This document shows, piece after piece, positions 45,131-57,000 of a stretch of DNA of 57,958 bases (its first letter is position 1; every line of letters starts with the position of its first letter). The DNA is from an uncultured Christensenella sp. Lineage in GTDB: Bacteria > Bacillota > Clostridia > Christensenellales > UBA1242. A program made the translations under genes and the position numbers. Under the pieces are notes generated by a model that was given only the letters and a program-made list of their open reading frames with translations, did no database searches and had not been told where the DNA came from. Where the stretch lies: positions 1-57,958 of the forward strand of contig CASFMG010000012.1 in NCBI GenBank assembly GCA_949295755.1. The letters run 5' to 3'.

Positions 45131-46414
45131 TTATTTTTTTATTGGATAAATTTTTTCAATTCCACCCATATACTTTCTTAAAACTTCTGGAATTGTTACA
45201 CTACCATCTTCATTTTGGCACTGTTCAACAAGTGCTGGAAGAACTCTTGACGTTGCAAGTCCAGATGCATTTAGTGTATGACAATATTTTATCTTTCCTG
45301 TTTCTTTATCTTTGTATCTTATGTTTCCCCGTCTTGCCTGATAATCATTTGCGTTGCTTGCAGAGGATACTTCTTTATATATACCCATACTTGGAATCCA
45401 AACTTCAACATCGTATGTTCTTGCCATACTATGTGAACAATCTCCTGCTGCAAGTTTGCTTAATCTAAAATGAAGACCCAACCCTTCAACTAACTTGCAC
45501 GCCTTATCAACAAGTTCTTCAAAACTATGTTTACTGTTTTTCTCTGTTGCATATTGGAACATTTCAACTTTATTGAATTGATAACCTCTTATCATTCCCC
45601 TTTCTTCAGTTCTGTATGATCCTGCTTCACATCTATAACAAGGAGTGTATGCAAACAATTTTTCTGGCAAATCTTCTTCTTTTAATATCTCATTTCTGTG
45701 AATATTTACAAGTGCAGTTTCTGCTGTTGGAAGAATAAATTTTTTCGGTTCAGTTCCTTCAAGCCAAAAAACATCTTGTTTGAATTTTGGAAATTGACCG
45801 GCTGTGTATCCACTTTCTTCATTTAAAATATGTGGCGGCAAAATAAATTTATATCCGTCATTTATGTGAGTATCAATAAAATAATTAAGTAGCGCCCATT
45901 CTAACCTAGCACCAATACCAGTATAAAGCCAAGTACCCCTTCCACTTATTTTTGCAGCACTCTCATAATCTATAAGTCCCAAACTTTCACAAAGTTCAAC
46001 GTGGTCTTTGGCTTTAAAATTAAACTCTGGCTTTGCACCAAATTCTTTTACAACCTTGTTATTTTCTTTTTCGCCCGGCAGTAAATCATCATCTGGCATA
46101 TTTGGAAGTGGAGATAAAAAGTTTTTTATATCTTCTTCTACTTGTTTTAAGTTTGCATCATACTCGTCGATTTTTTTATTTAACTCCTTAACTTTTTCAA
46201 AAATTTCTTGTATGTTTCCACCTTGTTTTTTCACAACAGGCACAGATGCTGAAAGTTTGTTTTTTTCTGTTTTTAATTCGTCATTTTTAACAATCAAATC
46301 TTTTCTTTGATTATAAAGGTCTATAACATTTTTAAAATCAACATCAAATCCCTTTTTTAATAATGCATCGTGCACATATTTTGTGTTATTTACAATTAAA
46401 TTTATGTCTAACAT
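45131..46414 (-). CDS. serS: Serine--tRNA ligase
   Basis: 427 aa. N-terminal coiled-coil arm (MLDINLI..). Class II motifs FRCEAGS-like (CYRCEAGSYRTEERG) and GLATSR. Confidence 0.93.
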   Translation of the reverse strand: MLDINLIVNNTKYVHDALLKKGFDVDFKNVIDLYNQRKDLIVKNDELKTEKNKLSASVPVVKKQGGNIQEIFEKVKELNKKIDEYDANLKQVEEDIKNFLSPLPNMPDDDLLPGEKENNKVVKEFGAKPEFNFKAKDHVELCESLGLIDYESAAKISGRGTWLYTGIGARLEWALLNYFIDTHINDGYKFILPPHILNEESGYTAGQFPKFKQDVFWLEGTEPKKFILPTAETALVNIHRNEILKEEDLPEKLFAYTPCYRCEAGSYRTEERGMIRGYQFNKVEMFQYATEKNSKHSFEELVDKACKLVEGLGLHFRLSKLAAGDCSHSMARTYDVEVWIPSMGIYKEVSSASNANDYQARRGNIRYKDKETGKIKYCHTLNASGLATSRVLPALVEQCQNEDGSVTIPEVLRKYMGGIEKIYPIKK

Positions 46415-46601
46415 AATTCTCTCCTATGCTTTGTTATTATATATCAACCAAAATTCTTTTGCAACTAATAACAATAATTTTAACCACTGCAAAGTAAAAT
46501 ACACATATTTAGTTTTTAATTATTGACAATTATAGTATAATATTTAATATACCTATAAATATAATTTTTAAAATTTTAATACACTAAATAAAGGGATTTC
46601 T

Positions 46602-48203
46602 ATGGTTGTAAATTTTTTGTCAGGAATTGCACTTATATTGTTTGGTACAAGTATTATGAGTGGTGCTTTTGAAAAAATTTGTGGAACAAAAATTAGAAAA
46701 AATATTGCAAAATACAAATACAGTAATTTTAAAAATGTTGGTTTTGGCAGTATTATAACAATTTTGTTTCAATCTAGCACTGCTTCTGTTTCGCTTATTA
46801 TAGGTCTTTGTGGTGCTGGTATTCTAGGATTAACACAATCTATTTGTTTAATTATTGGTTCAAATATTGGAAGTGCTTTAAATATGCTACTTTTAATTTT
46901 TCAAGGCGTAAATATTATGGGCTATTTTGGACTTTTATTGCTTGTTGGTGTTTTTTTTACTTTATTTATAAAAAATAACACTGTAAAAAACTGGGGGCTA
47001 TGTCTTTGTGGATTAGGATTGCTGTTTATTGGATTATCTTTAATGTCAATGGCAACAAACGAATTATCAAAAACACAAGGTTTTGTTGATTTTTTCTTTA
47101 ATATAAACAATCCTTTTATCTTGTTTTGTTTGGGACTTATTATGTCTGCCCTAATAAACAGTCCCATTGGTACGATGGCGATACTCGCTTCAATTTTGTC
47201 AATGACGCCAATGCTTATATCATTAAACAACGCAGTTTATGTTATTTATGCAATGAATATTGGAACTTGTATAACATTACTATTTATCGGATTATCTCAA
47301 AACAGAAAAGCATTTAAAGCAAGTTTGAGTTATTTGGCATTTAATATTGTTGGAACAATAATTTTTTGTTTGTTTAGTTTTTTTGATTGGGTAACTTTAT
47401 TAACTTCATTTTTAAATAATACAACTTGGCAACTAATTTTTATAAATATTATATTTAATGTTATAACGGCAATAATAACTCTTCCTTTTGCAAAAATGTT
47501 TAAAAACTTTTTGGATAGAATTTTGCCTGATAAAAAAGAAAAGTCGCTAGAACAAATATCTTTAATGCCAACACTCGGTCTAATACAATTAAACGCAAAT
47601 GCACTTAGTTTCTTTAATAATACTTGTGATTATTTGCAAGATAGTATGAAATATGTTTCCACATTTGAAGATGAAAATGATGAATCTTTAAAACAAAAAT
47701 TAAATGACATTATTATATCAACACAAAATATGAATAAAAACTTATTACAACTTGGCGGTGGATTATCTGATAGTGATATTGATAATAAACGAGATTTAAA
47801 CAATACATACATTGGCATTGAAAAAACAAATGTTAATATAATAAAACTGATTGACTCTTGCAAATATAACAACAAAAAAGTAAATTTCACACAAAAACAA
47901 TTAAAAATTATACTTGCAATAAAACAACTTATGGAAGAAAATTTAAAAGATATGCGACAAATAATGGATGAAACAATAAATCAAGGTGGATTAACAAATT
48001 CAATTTTGTTGGAGCAAATAATAAAAAGACTTGAAAAAATTGTTAAATTAAAAATACGAGCAAAAAAGAACATTATTCAAGACACTGTTTCAATGGAACA
48101 GAAAATAAGAAAATACACTTGTTTTTTAAATGTTATAAATTATTTTGAACAAATAAACACAAATTTAACTGATGTTATATTGGGTATTTGTAATATTAAA
48201 TAA
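46602..48203 (+). CDS. Na/Pi cotransporter family protein with PhoU-like C-terminal region
   Basis: 533 aa. Multi-pass N-terminal half (GIALILFGTSIMSGAFEK, QSSTASVSLIIGL) and a helical soluble C-terminal half. Confidence 0.8.
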   Translation: MVVNFLSGIALILFGTSIMSGAFEKICGTKIRKNIAKYKYSNFKNVGFGSIITILFQSSTASVSLIIGLCGAGILGLTQSICLIIGSNIGSALNMLLLIFQGVNIMGYFGLLLLVGVFFTLFIKNNTVKNWGLCLCGLGLLFIGLSLMSMATNELSKTQGFVDFFFNINNPFILFCLGLIMSALINSPIGTMAILASILSMTPMLISLNNAVYVIYAMNIGTCITLLFIGLSQNRKAFKASLSYLAFNIVGTIIFCLFSFFDWVTLLTSFLNNTTWQLIFINIIFNVITAIITLPFAKMFKNFLDRILPDKKEKSLEQISLMPTLGLIQLNANALSFFNNTCDYLQDSMKYVSTFEDENDESLKQKLNDIIISTQNMNKNLLQLGGGLSDSDIDNKRDLNNTYIGIEKTNVNIIKLIDSCKYNNKKVNFTQKQLKIILAIKQLMEENLKDMRQIMDETINQGGLTNSILLEQIIKRLEKIVKLKIRAKKNIIQDTVSMEQKIRKYTCFLNVINYFEQINTNLTDVILGICNIK

Positions 48204-48233
48204 AAAAACTTTATAGCAATATAAAGTTTTTTT
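48204..48233. terminator. Bidirectional terminator
   Basis: aaaaactttat-agca-ataaagttttttt between convergent genes. Confidence 0.75.
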
Positions 48234-48239
48234 ATGCAT

Positions 48240-49826
48240 TTAATTTTTATTTTTGTTTACTAAGTTATTATATATTGCCTGTGCAACTTTTATACCGTCC
48301 TGTGCACTTGAAACAATACCACCAGCATATCCTGCTCCTTCTCCACAAGGATATATTCCTTTAATGTTGGACTCTAAGTTTTCATCACGAAGAATTGTTA
48401 TTGGCGAACTACTCCTGGTTTCAACACCAATTAAGACATCATCATCTAAAGCAAAGTATTTGTATTTTTTTCTAAAAATATTTAATCCTTCTTTTAAACT
48501 TGAATAAACAAAATTTGGCAAACAATTTTTTAAATTAACAAATTTATAATTTGGCAAATATGAACATTGTCCCTTATTTGCTTTGTTATCTAAAAATGAG
48601 CCCACACTTTCAACAGGAGCACTAAAATTTCCACCACCAAGATTATATGCAAGTTTTTCATATTTTTCTTGAAAATATATTCCAGCAAGAACATCATTAC
48701 TTTTATAGTCGCTTGGCATAACATTAACTAAAATTGCACTATTTGAATATTTGTTATCTCGTTTAAAATTGCTCATTCCATTGGTTACAATTTCTCCATT
48801 GTTTGATGAAGATGCAACAACCATTCCACCCGGACACATACAAAAAGTAAAAACACTTCTTTTATTATTTAGATGTGTTACAAGTTTGTAATCAGCATTT
48901 GGAAGAAGTTTTGAATAATTTTCTCCGTATTGCATTTTGTTGATATTATCTGCTTTTTGTTCTATTCTAACTCCCATTGCAAAAGGTTTTTGATTTATAT
49001 TTAAATTTAATTTTTTTAATAATTTAAAAGTTTCTCTTGCACTATGACCTAAACAAAGACACAAAACATCGCATATAATTACACTTTTTTCATTGGTCAG
49101 TGTGTTCAATATTTCTACACTTTTCACATTGTTATCATTTATAAAAATATTTACAAGCTTTGTATTAAATTTTATTTCGCCACCAAGTGAAATAATATCT
49201 TTTCTTAAATTTTTAACAACATCGCAAAGTTTGTCGCTTCCAATATGTGGTTTGCTTTCATATAAAATTTCTTTTGGTGCTCCGTGAATGTAAAATTCGT
49301 TTATAACTTTATTGCATAAATCTGACTTTAAATTTGTGTTTAACTTGCCATCGCTAAAAGTTCCTGCACCACCTTCTCCAAATTGAACATTTGAAAGAGT
49401 ATCAAGTTTACCTTGTTCCCAAAAGTCTTTTACTTTTTTTATTCTATCTTCAACACAATCTCCTTGCTCGATAACTATTGGATTTAATCCCATTTTGGCA
49501 AGAGCAAGTGAACAAAACATTCCACTTGGACCAAACCCAACAACCACAATTTTTTTGTTGCTTTTTATTTTATTATATAATAATCCACTATAATCTAATT
49601 TGATTTTTTCATAACTAAATTTTTTTTCTAATAAGTTATCTAAAAATTCAACTGCAACAGATAAATAATAAAAAATATTTGGTTTTTTTCTTGCGTCTAG
49701 CGACTTTTTTATTATTTTAATATTTTTTATTTGATTTTTATTTATATTTAATTTTTTTGATATATTATTTATTAAATAATTATCATCGTAATTTAACGGA
49801 ATATTATTTAGGTTTATTTTTATCAT
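48240..49826 (-). CDS. FAD-dependent oxidoreductase (COG2509-like)
   Basis: Start at MIKINL (ATG 49824-49826) with GGAGAA upstream. The ATGA overlaps the stop of the preceding gene. Dinucleotide-binding VVVGFGPSGMF. Confidence 0.8.
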   Translation of the reverse strand: MIKINLNNIPLNYDDNYLINNISKKLNINKNQIKNIKIIKKSLDARKKPNIFYYLSVAVEFLDNLLEKKFSYEKIKLDYSGLLYNKIKSNKKIVVVGFGPSGMFCSLALAKMGLNPIVIEQGDCVEDRIKKVKDFWEQGKLDTLSNVQFGEGGAGTFSDGKLNTNLKSDLCNKVINEFYIHGAPKEILYESKPHIGSDKLCDVVKNLRKDIISLGGEIKFNTKLVNIFINDNNVKSVEILNTLTNEKSVIICDVLCLCLGHSARETFKLLKKLNLNINQKPFAMGVRIEQKADNINKMQYGENYSKLLPNADYKLVTHLNNKRSVFTFCMCPGGMVVASSSNNGEIVTNGMSNFKRDNKYSNSAILVNVMPSDYKSNDVLAGIYFQEKYEKLAYNLGGGNFSAPVESVGSFLDNKANKGQCSYLPNYKFVNLKNCLPNFVYSSLKEGLNIFRKKYKYFALDDDVLIGVETRSSSPITILRDENLESNIKGIYPCGEGAGYAGGIVSSAQDGIKVAQAIYNNLVNKNKN

Positions 49827-50959
49827 ATATTTTCTCCAACAATTTTTCCACTTGTCCAAGCCCATTGTAAATTATATCCACCACAAAGACCATCTACATC
49901 TATTATCTCGCCGGTAAAATACAAGTTTTTTAAACTTTTATATTGTAAAAAGTCTGTTAAATTGTTAAGAGACACTCCACCACTTTTAACTTGATTATTT
50001 TCATAATAGCCTAAAACATTAAACGATAATGATTTAATAGCATTTGTTAAAATATCAATGTGTTTTTTTGTTATTTTTTCTTCATTTTTTATTTTGCACA
50101 TTTTTAACACATAATTATTTATTTTTTCATTAAATATACCCTGCATAAATTCTTTTGCGTTTAAAAAATTGTAATCTAATCTTTCATTTAATAATTTTGT
50201 TAAATCTTCTTTATTTAGATTTGGAATTAAATCTATACAAATTTTAGTATTATAATTTTTTTGCCTTGCAAGGTATGCCGACAAATTAAAAATGCAAATT
50301 CCACTAAGCCCTTTATCTTTAAAAAGTACTTCTCCTTTTTCTATAATTTTTTTATTATCTATCACAAGTGATACTTCAACATTTGAGAGCCTTAACCCAG
50401 CCAAATTATGCGTGTCTTCTTTTGTCTTTAATGAAACTAAACTTGGTGAAAAATTATTATACTTTATGTTTAATTGTTCCAAAAATGTAGTATTACTACC
50501 AACCGAGATAACAATTTTATCATAAATATAATTTTTTTCACGAGTTGTAATCTCATATTTGTCGTTCACTTGCTTTATTGATAAAACTTCTTCGTTTTTT
50601 TTGATTATAACTTTATTTTTATTTAATTTAGTAACAAGAACATCTATAACACTTTTGGCACTATTAGACAATGGATAAACTCTGTCCTCTTGGTCAGCAT
50701 ATGTTAATAGTCCTAGATTTTTAAAAAATTTTAATGTTTGTTTTTGATTGAATTTATTTAAATAATTTAAAATATTTGTGTTGTATGAATTTTCAAAATT
50801 TTTTAAATTTGTTAAGTTACATCTGCCATTTCCTGTAACTAATAATTTTTTACCAACTTTATCATCATTACAAAACAAAGTTACGCTATTATTTTTTGAC
50901 GCAAAAATAGAACAAATCATTCCACTTGCACCACCACCGATAACTGCAATATTACTCAT
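49823..50959 (-). CDS. HI0933/BaiN-like NAD(P)/FAD-dependent flavoprotein
   Basis: 378 aa. IAVIGGGASGM at the N-terminus and CGGYNLQWAWTSG at the C-terminus. Confidence 0.85.
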   Translation of the reverse strand: MSNIAVIGGGASGMICSIFASKNNSVTLFCNDDKVGKKLLVTGNGRCNLTNLKNFENSYNTNILNYLNKFNQKQTLKFFKNLGLLTYADQEDRVYPLSNSAKSVIDVLVTKLNKNKVIIKKNEEVLSIKQVNDKYEITTREKNYIYDKIVISVGSNTTFLEQLNIKYNNFSPSLVSLKTKEDTHNLAGLRLSNVEVSLVIDNKKIIEKGEVLFKDKGLSGICIFNLSAYLARQKNYNTKICIDLIPNLNKEDLTKLLNERLDYNFLNAKEFMQGIFNEKINNYVLKMCKIKNEEKITKKHIDILTNAIKSLSFNVLGYYENNQVKSGGVSLNNLTDFLQYKSLKNLYFTGEIIDVDGLCGGYNLQWAWTSGKIVGENI

Positions 50960-51005
50960 TTTTTTCTCCTACAAAATATTATCACATCGAAATCTATTAA
51001 ACAAT

Positions 51006-51033
51006 AAAAATTCACCTATGCAGGTGAATTTTT
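51006..51033 (-). terminator. Terminator after the giant surface-protein gene
   Basis: aaaaattcacct-atgc-aggtgaattttt, 3 nt beyond the stop at 51037-51039. Confidence 0.75.
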
Positions 51034-51036
51034 ATG

Positions 51037-54000
51037 TTATTTTTTTTTGTCATCGTTACTTTCTTCTTCACTATCATCATCTTCAATGCTTTGTTTGTTT
51101 ATAGGTTGAATACTCATTGCGGTTGATAATTTTCTCATTTTCTTTCGTTTTGATATTATAATCAAAATTATAATCAAAATTATTAAAAGAATTAGTCCCA
51201 ATACACTACCCATAATTATCATTGCAACTGTGAAGTCACTTGGACTGGTTAAAAATTTAGCATTTTCTGTTATGTAGCCAAACAAACCTCCAAGATGAGT
51301 AACGGCATATTCTTTATCAAGTAGAAGTTCTGTAACTCTATAATTTTTTAAATCAAATGTTCCATTGAATGGATTTTGTTCTGTTCCTATAGGTTGCCAG
51401 AATCTTTCTAAAAGATTAAAGTTTGCTCTAACAACATAGTAACCATCAGCATATGGAATTGTGCCCTTTGCTTCAACATTATTGTTTATTAGGTATGCCA
51501 TTGCAGCGAGTTGTTTTTCGTTTGTAATAATGTAAGGGTCGTTTTCTGTTCCCATTCCTCCAAACATTTCCCAAACATCAATCCATAAAAGTTGTTTATA
51601 TGTTGCCTTGATTACATTTGTAGAATTTGTAATAAATCCATTTGCTTGATTTATTAGCATTGTTATTGTATTGAATTCTATTGGATTACCATTTAATGTA
51701 AGTGCAATTAGTTCGTATCTAATTGTTGTGTTTAACTTAAATGTCAAATTTGTGTCGTATGTATATGATTTAACAGTATTTATAGTTTCGCTTCCATCTA
51801 TTTCAAATACACCACCAATTCCATTTTCGACAACAAATTGAACATTTATTGTGTATGGTGCAATGTCTAATTTGAATTTGACATAACCACGCGACAAATC
51901 TTTTGCACTAATTTTATATGTGTTATTTGTTATTACTTCACTATATTCGCCTAACCAAGATTTGTGGAAATAGCCATAATCTAAATCATATATTTCAAGT
52001 CTTATTGTATCTCCAACTCTATAAATGTTATCATTATGCGCTGTATCACTTGAAATTCTTAATTTTGCGTGCTCTGTTTGTTCAATAATAACATTAACTT
52101 GCTTACCAATAAACTCTGCATAATATGTTGTTGGAGTTAATATTGTTTGTTCTATTGAACTTGTTGAATTTTCAATTTCTTGTGAACCTTTTAACCATCT
52201 CAAAAAGTCATAACCTTCATCACAAATTGCACTTAATTGAACAACCTGATTATAAAGTGGTTCACTATCTGAAATTTGTGCACTACCACCAACATAAGCC
52301 ACCACATCAATATGTATTGTGTAGTATAGATAAACAACAATATTTTCTTCGCCCATAACTTCGTTATATTGGGTTGTATTAAGTTGTGATTTATCTGTTA
52401 TATCAGGACTATATGACCAACCATAATATGTGTAGTTCAAAAGTCCAAGTGGAGCAACAATTCTCACTTGTGCACCAGGTACATAACTAATGCCTGTAAT
52501 TTGATTGTTTTCATTGTAATTTGTAAATCTGTCAAGTGTATTTGGGAAAATGTCTTGATATGACAACCCTAAATCTGAAACAGCAAAATTTGGTACAAAT
52601 ACTAAATCTATTTTATATCTTTCTTTTTCCCAAATGCCATACAAAGTACATTCATAATCATAGTTGACATCGCTAGAAAGATTTGCATCACTAGAACCTT
52701 TAAATCCATAAATTTTTTCATTTATGCCATTTACTGTTTCTATTGAATAAATATTTGCACCTTCAAAATAGTAGTTAATTCCTGTTCCATCAATTTTTGT
52801 ATTCCAACCTGCAAATACATAACGATATCTTTGTGGAGATGTTACATCGCTAGAAAGAAGTGGTTCAAATGTTGCTTCACCAAAGTTTACACTGCTAGTT
52901 ACACTTGTTGGACCGTCTAAATAATTATAATCAAAGGTTATTAAATATTTATAAGGTGAAATTGAAATTGTAATCACTTCATCTTTTGTAACATTTTCTA
53001 TTTTTCCATATGAATAAGCGTTATAAATAGACGATTCTACAACAGGAATAGGAGTTATAAAGTAATCGTTTTCATTTAATTTATAACCGTTTAGTATATA
53101 AAGGACAGTCGAAACACTTCCACCCGTTTTTACATATGCTGTAAATACTTTGTTGTCTTTTGATGACTCTATTTGGGTAACGCCCAAAGAGTTGTTAGAA
53201 TACTCAAATATGTTTGCACCTATTCCATCAACAATAAATTTAACAGTATTTATTTTTGCTTTTATATTTATGTTTATATTTGTTTGTATAAACAAGTTTT
53301 TAATTGTGAAATCAGTGCCGACTTTGTTGTAATCAAGTCTTGGATCAATTATTAAATCACTAAACTCATAACCTGATTTTTCTTCAATATTAAAGTTTAT
53401 TTGTTCGCCACTATATGTTGAAATTGTATAAGTTATAACATTGTTGTTTTTAACTGTGTCAACAAGTTGTGTGTTAGAATTTTCTGTAATATTTAAACTT
53501 GCAAAATCTATTTCATCAGTTGTAAATATTTCACTATTTGGCAAAGTGACATTTATTGTAAGTGTTATTGGTTTTCCAACAAACACTGCAATAAATTCAT
53601 AGTTCTGCGTAACTCTAGTTACTAAAATGCTTAATTGTGTTGAATAATCTTCAAAAGTTCCATCATCATTTACTTTTACCCATTTGGAGAACTGATAGTA
53701 ATGATTTTCATCTTCAACTGCTGTAACACTTTTTGCATCGTATCCATATTTTATAGTTTGGTCATATGAATATATATCTTTAACTCCATCTATTGATAAT
53801 GAACCTCTCTCGTTAAAGTTTACAGAATATTTAACACTATACTTATTTATGTTATACACAAGATATATCGTAAAATCATCTTTAATTTGGAATACAATTT
53901 CATTGTTTTCTCCAATACTTATAAGACCATCAGTTGATGTTAAACTATATTCCATATCATTTTTTGATGACCAAGAGCCAAACGAATAACCAATATAAAC

Positions 54001-57000
54001 ATCATTGTTTGGAGTTAAAATTATCTCTTTGTTGTAATTTGCACTAAATGATGAATTAGAATTTAGTTTGGTTATACTTCCATCAATATCAAGTTCGACA
54101 ATATTTATTGCATCAATGTCAACATCAAATTCCACATCGTGTTTTACTGCAACAACTTTTATTGTAAATGAATCATATACATACGGAATAACAATACTTC
54201 CATTTGATGTTATTCCGCTAATTGTAACTGAAACACTGTCTATATTATCTACGATAACAAACGAACCTTTGTTTGGTGAAATTGTTTCAAAAATCCAAGA
54301 ACTTAAATTTGTGTCAACTTTATATCCGTGTGACGGTGTAATTGTAAATGTTAATGTTTGTTCTGTGTAAACATTTGCTTGGTAATACATCACATCGTTT
54401 ACAATTCCATCTATTGTAAATGTACCTTTGTTGTCTAATGAAGAAATTGATACAGTGTTTAAACTTGGTTTTATATTTACAGTTATTGTTATATCTGAAA
54501 CAAAATTTTGTAATGTTCGAGTTAAACTCAAATTGTTTCCAGATAATGTGTAGTCATATTCACTCTCTACTTCCCACGATTCTATTTCGTAACCTTCGTT
54601 GCATTCAACATTTATTTCAACAACACTTTCAGTTTTTGCAACTAAAGAAATTTCTCCTGTTTGTTGTGTTGTTTGACTTTCAGCACTAACAATTCCACGA
54701 TTTTTGTCATTTACTTTAATTGTAATCGTGTTGTCGTTTTGCACAAAATTTGCAGTTAAAGTGTAATTATCCAAAAATTGATTTATAGAAATTTCTTTTT
54801 CTGTGCTGTTGTTTAAATCAATTAAAGTTGATGTCCATTTTTCAAATGTATAACCTATATTTTCTGTTAAAGTAATATTTACACTATAAGAAGTTTTAAC
54901 ATCTAATATAATTTGACTATTATTTTTGCCGTCTATTATTTGAGATGTTATTGTGTTTCCTTCACTATCAATTACATCAATCAAAACATTTGCGTGAGTG
55001 CTATTTATTTCTAATTGATAATCATTTTCTTTCCATATAGCATCAAAAGAAGTTGTTTCTGCATAATCCCAAACATAATCTTCGTTTAATTGCTCATTTG
55101 ACCACGAACTAAATGTATAGCCATCTCGTTTTGGCTCAATAAGTTCGCCAACTGGACTATTAAATGTTGCAGTTTTTGAAATTTGTATTGGTCTGTCTTG
55201 GTCGTCTACATCTACTATGTTCCAAACCAACTCATCAACATTTTCAAAATATCCACCATTTGCATTTAATATTATTTGATATCCATTTGCAATATAAACC
55301 ACTTTTAAAGTTCTGTTTGGATAGAAAGAATCATCAAGTACTGTGTTTTCATTAAATTCAATTATTTGTCCTTCTTCTGTTTGCCATTTTGTTATATCTT
55401 GACTAAATCCTGTTTTAAATGCTTCAACAAGTTGAGCACTATTTGATGACAAGGTCGAATTAAATTCAACTGTAATTGTTGCCTTGGTGTCATTTTCACT
55501 AAATGTCCATTTTGTATTAGATTTAAAAGTTCCACCATTTGCATCTAATGTGAGTGTTAATGTTTTTGGTGCAAATTTTGCATAAATAACATTGTTTTTT
55601 GCTTCTATTGTTACATTTTCTATTTCTAATGATGGTTCCCAATCTATATCAAAACTGTAACCCAAAAATTCATAACCGGAATTTGCTGATGCTATATCAA
55701 TGAGTGAAACATCTTGATAATAGTTGTATAACCCATTTATATTTGTTATTGTTCCACCTTGTTTATCACTATCAGTTAAAAACTCGCCGTTTACTTTTGT
55801 TGCTAAAACAACATTTAAATTAAATTTTTTAATTGTCCATTTTGCATATGCAGTTTTTTCTGTTTGGTCAACTGGCCAATTATTTTCATCTATTATTGTA
55901 TTTTCATTTATTAAGTTTCCATCTAAATACCAACCAGCAAAATCATACCCTTCGTGTTGTGGTATTGGCATAACTGATATTTTTTGTCCATAAATCAAGT
56001 TAGAAGACAATAACTCATTGTTTTCCATACGCTCTGGATTGATTATTTCAAAGTCGTCTTCAATATACTGATAAATTATTGAAACACTCTTATCTGTAAT
56101 CGCTCCAAGTATGTCGTTAGCAAAATAGTTATTTGAATCAGTTCCACTTAATGTAAATGTTATTGTTTTATTGGTTCCAACATTTGCATTGTCATAATTT
56201 GCAACTACGCTTACATCATCGCCGTCAACTAAATTGTTTATTGTTAAATTGCCAATAATATTTGCATTTCCATCAAACACTTTGTTAAATCCCATATCGC
56301 AAACAATGTTTAATTCTCTTTGTTGAATTGTGAAAATAACTCCTGTTTGCAAAACTAAATCTAGGTTGTTTGAATCAAGTTTTGATTTAATTTCATAATT
56401 GCCTGCAATAAATTTTGTTTCATTTAAAAGATATTCAATAATTAAATTGCCCGATATTTCGCTTGCATAATCTTGTAATTTATCTACATTCAAATCACTT
56501 ATCGTATAAGTTATATTAAAGTCTTCTGTTCCATAAATAATGGATTGGTTTGCATCTGGAATAATATTTACAGTTCTTTTTGTAATATTTCCAAAAAGAT
56601 TATTTGTTACATTGTAGTTATTTATGTCATCGCCTTGGAATGTAACATTTATTGCAATATTATTTTTAACATCTTTTTGACTATAAGTGCCTGTTGCAGT
56701 TAAAGAAAATTTAGTATCAAGTTTTTGACTATTTTTATCTAATATTGATATATCGCCCTTAAATATGTTTGTTGCATCGTAAACTTTATCTAAATTATTA
56801 GCACTAAGCGATATAACTTTTTTGTTTATAACAAATTCGACTTGGCTTGTTACAACGCAAGTTTCATAATTATCGCAACTAACATCATAACCTGACAAAG
56901 CATATGTTCCAACATCAATTCCATCAAAATTTATTGTTCCATAAACAATTTCTTCGTTTGCTGTGTAATCGAGTGTAGTTATATCTATATATTGTATGTA

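Noticed and set aside
45115-45468. 117-aa plus-strand ORF
   Set aside because: It is antisense to the C-terminal part of serS and has no SD, so it is a shadow ORF.
46415-46601. T-box leader upstream of serS (likewise 42439-42496 upstream of trpS)
   Set aside because: The regions are short and almost pure A/T. They have no specifier/T-box-like conserved GC-containing sequence and no terminator/antiterminator pair.
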